A DNA stretch of 64,000 bases, taken from an uncultured virus (IMG/VR IMGVR_UViG_3300046170_000409) (Duplodnaviria; Heunggongvirae; Uroviricota; Caudoviricetes). The translations under genes were made by a program, and so were the position numbers. The stretch's first letter is position 1, and each line of letters starts with the position of its first letter. The notes under the pieces were generated by a model, which worked only from the letters and a program-made list of their open reading frames with translations, was not told the DNA's origin and did not search any database. The stretch lies in the IMG/VR virus record IMGVR_UViG_3300046170_000409; one strand, written 5' to 3'. Positions 60,371-64,000 of this stretch are shown here, one piece after another.

Positions 60371-61296
60371 TTATAATATTCCATGTACCAATTAATAAAA
60401 TTCTCTACACCAGTCTCAATACTTGTTGTTGGATTATATCCTAGTTTTTGTAGTTTTGTTGTATCACTAAAGGTGTGTGGCACATCAGCAGGATGTTTGT
60501 CAACATATCTCTTTTCAGCGACTTTACCAAGATTCTTCTCAATTTGTTCTACAAAATATAATAATTCAACTTCTCTTCCATAACCAATACAATATATGTC
60601 TCGTTCAGTCATGTTTCTTACCACACAATCAATACCTTGTATAATATCATCAATGTAAGTAAAGTCTCGAATCATTTTGCCATGATTGAAAATTTGTATG
60701 GGTTCATTCGCAAGTATGCTCTTTGTAAAATCAAATAGTGCCATATCTGGTCTTCCCCATGGACCATATACTGTAAAGAATCTCAGACCAACTGCATTTG
60801 GTATATGTGAAATATGGAACTGTGATTCATTTGTAATTTTAGTATATCCATATGGACTTAATGGTTTATGAATTGGCACTTCCTCATTCCATGGAACAGG
60901 ATTGCCACCCATTACACAAGAGGTTGATGCATATATTACATTTTCTACATCAAATTTTTCGCAACAATCAATCACATTTTGTGTTGCAACAATATTGTTC
61001 TCAATGTAAAGTTTATCATTATCCATAGAGAATCTAACACCTGCCATTGCAGCAAGATGAATTACTAACTCTGGTTGGAATTTAATAAATGCTCTTTTGA
61101 GTCCTCTTCTATCACAAAGAGACATGTATTCTTGTTTCACACCTCTTATGTGTTTAATACGATCGAATTTGATTTTAGAATCATACAATATAGAATTAAA
61201 ATCATCAATGATACAAACATCATGTCCTTTTTCTAAATAATATTTTGCAGTGTTGTATCCAATGAAACCTGCACCACCTGTAATTAATATTCTCAT
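60361..61296 (-). CDS. NAD-dependent sugar epimerase (UDP-glucuronate 4-epimerase-like)
   Basis: TGGAGFIG, HLAAMAGVRFS, YGYTK, LRFFTVYGPWGRPDMA, RDFTYIDDI. Confidence 0.93.
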   Translation of the reverse strand: MRILITGGAGFIGYNTAKYYLEKGHDVCIIDDFNSILYDSKIKFDRIKHIRGVKQEYMSLCDRRGLKRAFIKFQPELVIHLAAMAGVRFSMDNDKLYIENNIVATQNVIDCCEKFDVENVIYASTSCVMGGNPVPWNEEVPIHKPLSPYGYTKITNESQFHISHIPNAVGLRFFTVYGPWGRPDMALFDFTKSILANEPIQIFNHGKMIRDFTYIDDIIQGIDCVVRNMTERDIYCIGYGREVELLYFVEQIEKNLGKVAEKRYVDKHPADVPHTFSDTTKLQKLGYNPTTSIETGVENFINWYMEYYKCG

Positions 61297-61496
61297 TCTT
61301 CCTCAATGGTTACAATATACTTCTTACCATTTTTATCGGTAACACTCATTGTCTTTTTTGGGGATACATAATATCCATCAGTTGGATGAAGATCTAGATT
61401 CACACCACCAACTTCAGAGATGTATGTAGATTTATCATTTACATTTTCTTTCAAAGAAACATTAATTGTTTCTGCTATATAATCACAATATATCAT
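61293..61496 (-). CDS. Hypothetical protein
   Basis: Operon-coupled ORF. Confidence 0.6.
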   Translation of the reverse strand: MIYCDYIAETINVSLKENVNDKSTYISEVGGVNLDLHPTDGYYVSPKKTMSVTDKNGKKYIVTIEEE

Positions 61497-61497
61497 A

Positions 61498-61770
61498 TTA
61501 AAACTCCTTAATTAATTGTATAACACTTTTTGGAATAATTGTAGAATTGCCACAGTCATCAATAGTTCCATCATCATTAAAATTAAAATCACTAACTAAT
61601 CGCACGACATCTTCTTCATCACTAATTAGAAATCCTGTGCTTAGACATCTTGGTAACTTTTCTTCTTTCAAATCCTCAATGCTTTTCCATCCTGAATCTG
61701 ATACAATATCAATCCAGTATACATGTACAAATTTATATGGTATATCTTTAATTTCACTCATCAAATTCAC
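61498..61770 (-). CDS. Hypothetical protein
   Basis: VYWIDI..DSGW..C.STGFL...IPKSVI motif seen in phage proteins. Confidence 0.7.
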   Translation of the reverse strand: MNLMSEIKDIPYKFVHVYWIDIVSDSGWKSIEDLKEEKLPRCLSTGFLISDEEDVVRLVSDFNFNDDGTIDDCGNSTIIPKSVIQLIKEF

Positions 61771-61868
61771 CTGATAATTTTATTACTATGAGTCCTATTA
61801 TGAATATTAGAAATGTCATTATAGGTAAAAAATCTATTAGAAATAGAATTATCCAATCATCATATATG

Positions 61869-62618
61869 TTATACATTTAATAACTCCTTCACTTTAACTA
61901 AATTCTTATATTCTAAGACATTGTCTGTCATACTGTTGATACATCTTTTGAGTATGCCACCATTTCTATCTAAAACAAATTGTAATGGATATTTTTCAAC
62001 ATCTATTAAGAATACTGCAGTATCTTCATCTACTGTAAATGTTTTTTCATGCTCAACTCTAAATGTCAAATCATCTATAGAATTAATTTCAGGTCTATCA
62101 TATCTAGGATGATTATTTAATTTATCTAACGAGGATATTGCCCAAGTATACCTATGAAATGATTTACCACTGGTCATTGCTCTCCAAATACCAGCACTTG
62201 CCTTTCTTAACATTTCGCCATCAGCGACTGGTTCATGTACCTGTTCCAGTGTCATGCCTTCAACTTTACTTGGATTCCATCCACTTGCCATTGCAACGAA
62301 ACATGCTTCAACTTTACCTTTGTGCATGATAACAATATCATCGGGTATTTCTAATCCCAAATCAACTATATTATATAATGGTTCATTTGTAATCTTTAAT
62401 GCATGAGTTGTTTTTTGGACTAACTTGTTTTCTTTTGCAACATCAGATTCAAAATATATTTCATCACGCAATTCTTTAAACTCATTGTGTCTTTCATCAA
62501 ATAACTTTTGCGAATAGTCTTTAAATTCTAAATCCTCTATTGGTGTGAATCTAGGGTTCATGTCAAAAGGTATTTTAATTAATCCATTAAAGTTTGCAAA
62601 GGTTACACCATAATCCAT
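61869..62618 (-). CDS. DUF3445/heme-dependent oxidative N-demethylase alpha-like protein
   Basis: DDIVIM, ACFVAMASGWNP..VEGMTLEQVHEPV, FHRYTWAI, FRVEHEK. Confidence 0.7.
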   Translation of the reverse strand: MDYGVTFANFNGLIKIPFDMNPRFTPIEDLEFKDYSQKLFDERHNEFKELRDEIYFESDVAKENKLVQKTTHALKITNEPLYNIVDLGLEIPDDIVIMHKGKVEACFVAMASGWNPSKVEGMTLEQVHEPVADGEMLRKASAGIWRAMTSGKSFHRYTWAISSLDKLNNHPRYDRPEINSIDDLTFRVEHEKTFTVDEDTAVFLIDVEKYPLQFVLDRNGGILKRCINSMTDNVLEYKNLVKVKELLNV

Positions 62619-62621
62619 ATA

Positions 62622-62915
62622 TTATTTTTCCTCCCATGCAGAAATTGCTCTATGAAAACTATTATCAGATCTTGGATAAATTGTAAAAGTTTTTGCATAT
62701 TTCTGTAAACAGTAATAAGGACTTCTTTTATACCTATTGATATAATCACTCCCACCACGATATACGATTCTAAACAAACCAGAAAAATGTTTCTTAAAAT
62801 CATACAAGTAGTCTATGTCTAAACCTTTTGCAATCGAAGACTCATCAGCAGGTGAAACGTGTTTTACAATTTCACCTTTTAAAAACTCTTTTGAATATAC
62901 ATTTTGTGATGTCAT
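62622..62915 (-). CDS. Hypothetical protein
   Basis: TAATG coupling; GGAGG RBS. Confidence 0.6.
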   Translation of the reverse strand: MTSQNVYSKEFLKGEIVKHVSPADESSIAKGLDIDYLYDFKKHFSGLFRIVYRGGSDYINRYKRSPYYCLQKYAKTFTIYPRSDNSFHRAISAWEEK

Positions 62916-63166
62916 TACGCAACCTCCAACATTGACATTGGTACAGAATAGATACTGCCCTCCATTTCAACAGAACATCTAGTTCTTTTGATTTTCAGAA
63001 GTTTACCCAATGTTCTTTTAGTTTTTTGAACAACATAAACATCACATCCCTCAATTAAAGAGGTTTTTGCATTCATGCTTTTCACATCCCTAATATATCC
63101 CATTAGATTATTCAATTCAACTAGACTCATGTTTGAAATTTCTTTTTTCATATTTGCTGATATCAT
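62915..63166 (-). CDS. Hypothetical early protein (SH3-like C-terminus)
   Basis: VYVVQKTKRTLG..KIKRTRC.V...YSVPMSMLE; start 63166 with GGAGG RBS. Confidence 0.65.
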   Translation of the reverse strand: MISANMKKEISNMSLVELNNLMGYIRDVKSMNAKTSLIEGCDVYVVQKTKRTLGKLLKIKRTRCSVEMEGSIYSVPMSMLEVA

Positions 63167-63297
63167 TATAATGACCTCCCAGTAGTTCTTTGGATTATTC
63201 TCATACACGCAATGACGAGTGTCGCAGACGCATCGTGTTTTTTCATGATTTTTGAGATTTTAAGACCTTTCTTAATGTCTTTTAGAATGTAACTCAT
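63166..63297 (-). CDS. 43-aa basic early peptide, absent from the ORF track
   Basis: Manual translation MSYILKDIKKGLKISKIMKKHDASATLVIACMRIIQRTTGRSL; AAGGAG RBS behind the promoter. Confidence 0.55.
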   Translation of the reverse strand: MSYILKDIKKGLKISKIMKKHDASATLVIACMRIIQRTTGRSL

Positions 63298-63330
63298 ATT
63301 TTTTTCTCCTTTTAATTAACTTACAAGAAC

Positions 63331-63359
63331 ATTATATCCTATGTAAATAGTAATGTCAA
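63331..63359 (-). promoter_or_regulatory. Consensus sigma70 promoter with A-tract UP element
   Basis: TTGACA-N17-TATAAT. Confidence 0.85.
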
Positions 63360-63400
63360 GGGTTTTTTGAAAAAAAGATGAAAAAAAATCTCTTGTAAAA

Positions 63401-64000
63401 TCAATAACTTAGGGGTCTTGTATCCACACAGATTTTCTGTATATACCAGTGATACCACTTTTTGTATAATTCAAGACGTTTTTGCCAGTCGTCTTCGAGC
63501 ATACATTTATATGCTTGATAAGGATCTTCCACATCACCCTGTATCACTGCAGGAGCATAATCACAACGACCAAAACACACAACAGGTTTTTCATGTAGCA
63601 TTGCCTCTTGCCCAGAACCACCATTCAACACAAACATTGCAAGCGATTTCTTGACAAGTTCATTGAAGTTTCCATTATCAACATACACTACATTCTTATA
63701 TCCACTTTCAACAATCTTTTTTAATGGTTCCATTGATGCAAGATTTATAGGATGTCCTTTAAATAAAATTTGTGGAACATCTTCATATTGTGCCATTTCA
63801 CACATACTCGTAACAAACTGTTCAACTGAGAAATCAGAATGATATTTAATAGTCTCATCATGAGGTAATTGTAATGGTACAATAATATATTTGTCATCAA
63901 GTTTATTCCATGGAGTATTATCTGTTTGTAGATGTGCAAACTTTCCTTGTCCTAATCTTTTTTGCATTGTAATAAAAGATTCTTCTTCATATGAATCATT
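63401..64000 (-). CDS. Capsule polysaccharide biosynthesis protein (KpsC/KpsS-like), start probably beyond the window
   Basis: PLQLPHDETI, FKGHP, NGGSGQEAMLHEKPVVCFG; the frame stays open to the window edge. Confidence 0.75.
   Translation of the reverse strand, partial: NDSYEEESFITMQKRLGQGKFAHLQTDNTPWNKLDDKYIIVPLQLPHDETIKYHSDFSVEQFVTSMCEMAQYEDVPQILFKGHPINLASMEPLKKIVESGYKNVVYVDNGNFNELVKKSLAMFVLNGGSGQEAMLHEKPVVCFGRCDYAPAVIQGDVEDPYQAYKCMLEDDWQKRLELYKKWYHWYIQKICVDTRPLSY

Noticed and set aside
170..63939. Many 60-270 aa ORFs antisense or out of frame to recognised genes (e.g. 39429-40235, 18402-18956, 44810-45433)
   Set aside because: Shadow ORFs of Gly/Ala/Thr-rich or acidic genes; no motifs or RBS
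1..64000. Stop-codon reassignment as the cause of split genes
   Set aside because: The breaks are frame changes, not in-frame stops; TAA, TAG and TGA all end genes normally
1..64000. tRNA/rRNA genes, introns, inteins, homing endonucleases
   Set aside because: No cloverleaf-like or intron-sized gaps noticed by eye and core genes are of normal length; tRNAscan/Infernal not run

Overview
AT-rich fragment of a large T4-like (Tevenvirinae/Kyanoviridae-type) myophage; the gene content resembles marine T4-like phages, but the host cannot be read from this window. Left to right: neck/tail-completion genes (gp15, gp14, gp13); a 7.7-kb tailoring-enzyme island (PLP aminotransferase, desaturase, methyltransferase-like, several glycosyltransferase-like proteins, radical SAM/SPASM, 2OG-Fe oxygenase); a tail-fibre/virion block; baseplate genes (gp8, gp7, gp6, gp25, gp5, hub, gp53, gp48); a plus-strand block (gp4, gp2, tube-like, gp26, gp51, membrane protein, tape measure); gp32, gp59, gp33, a SleB-type hydrolase and a four-gene exported/membrane module; then an accessory region with consensus sigma70 promoters (carbamoyltransferase, oxygenases, zeta-like kinase, exonuclease, PhoH, DenV-like, RNase H, glycan enzymes, DUF3445-like). 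Seven genes are split by +1 single-base insertions, probably sequencing errors. Strongest leads: (1) a T_TTT_TTT slippery site that would fuse gp26 to gp51 by -1 frameshifting just upstream of the tape measure; (2) apparently complete avoidance of RGCY in every stretch read by eye; (3) a protein with mirror-arranged FxGN/TRTS repeats beside the tailoring island; (4) a Cys-rich exported module beside the cell-wall hydrolase; (5) a zeta-like kinase with an N-terminus resembling a capsid-targeting sequence. All family calls come from motif recognition, not database searches.
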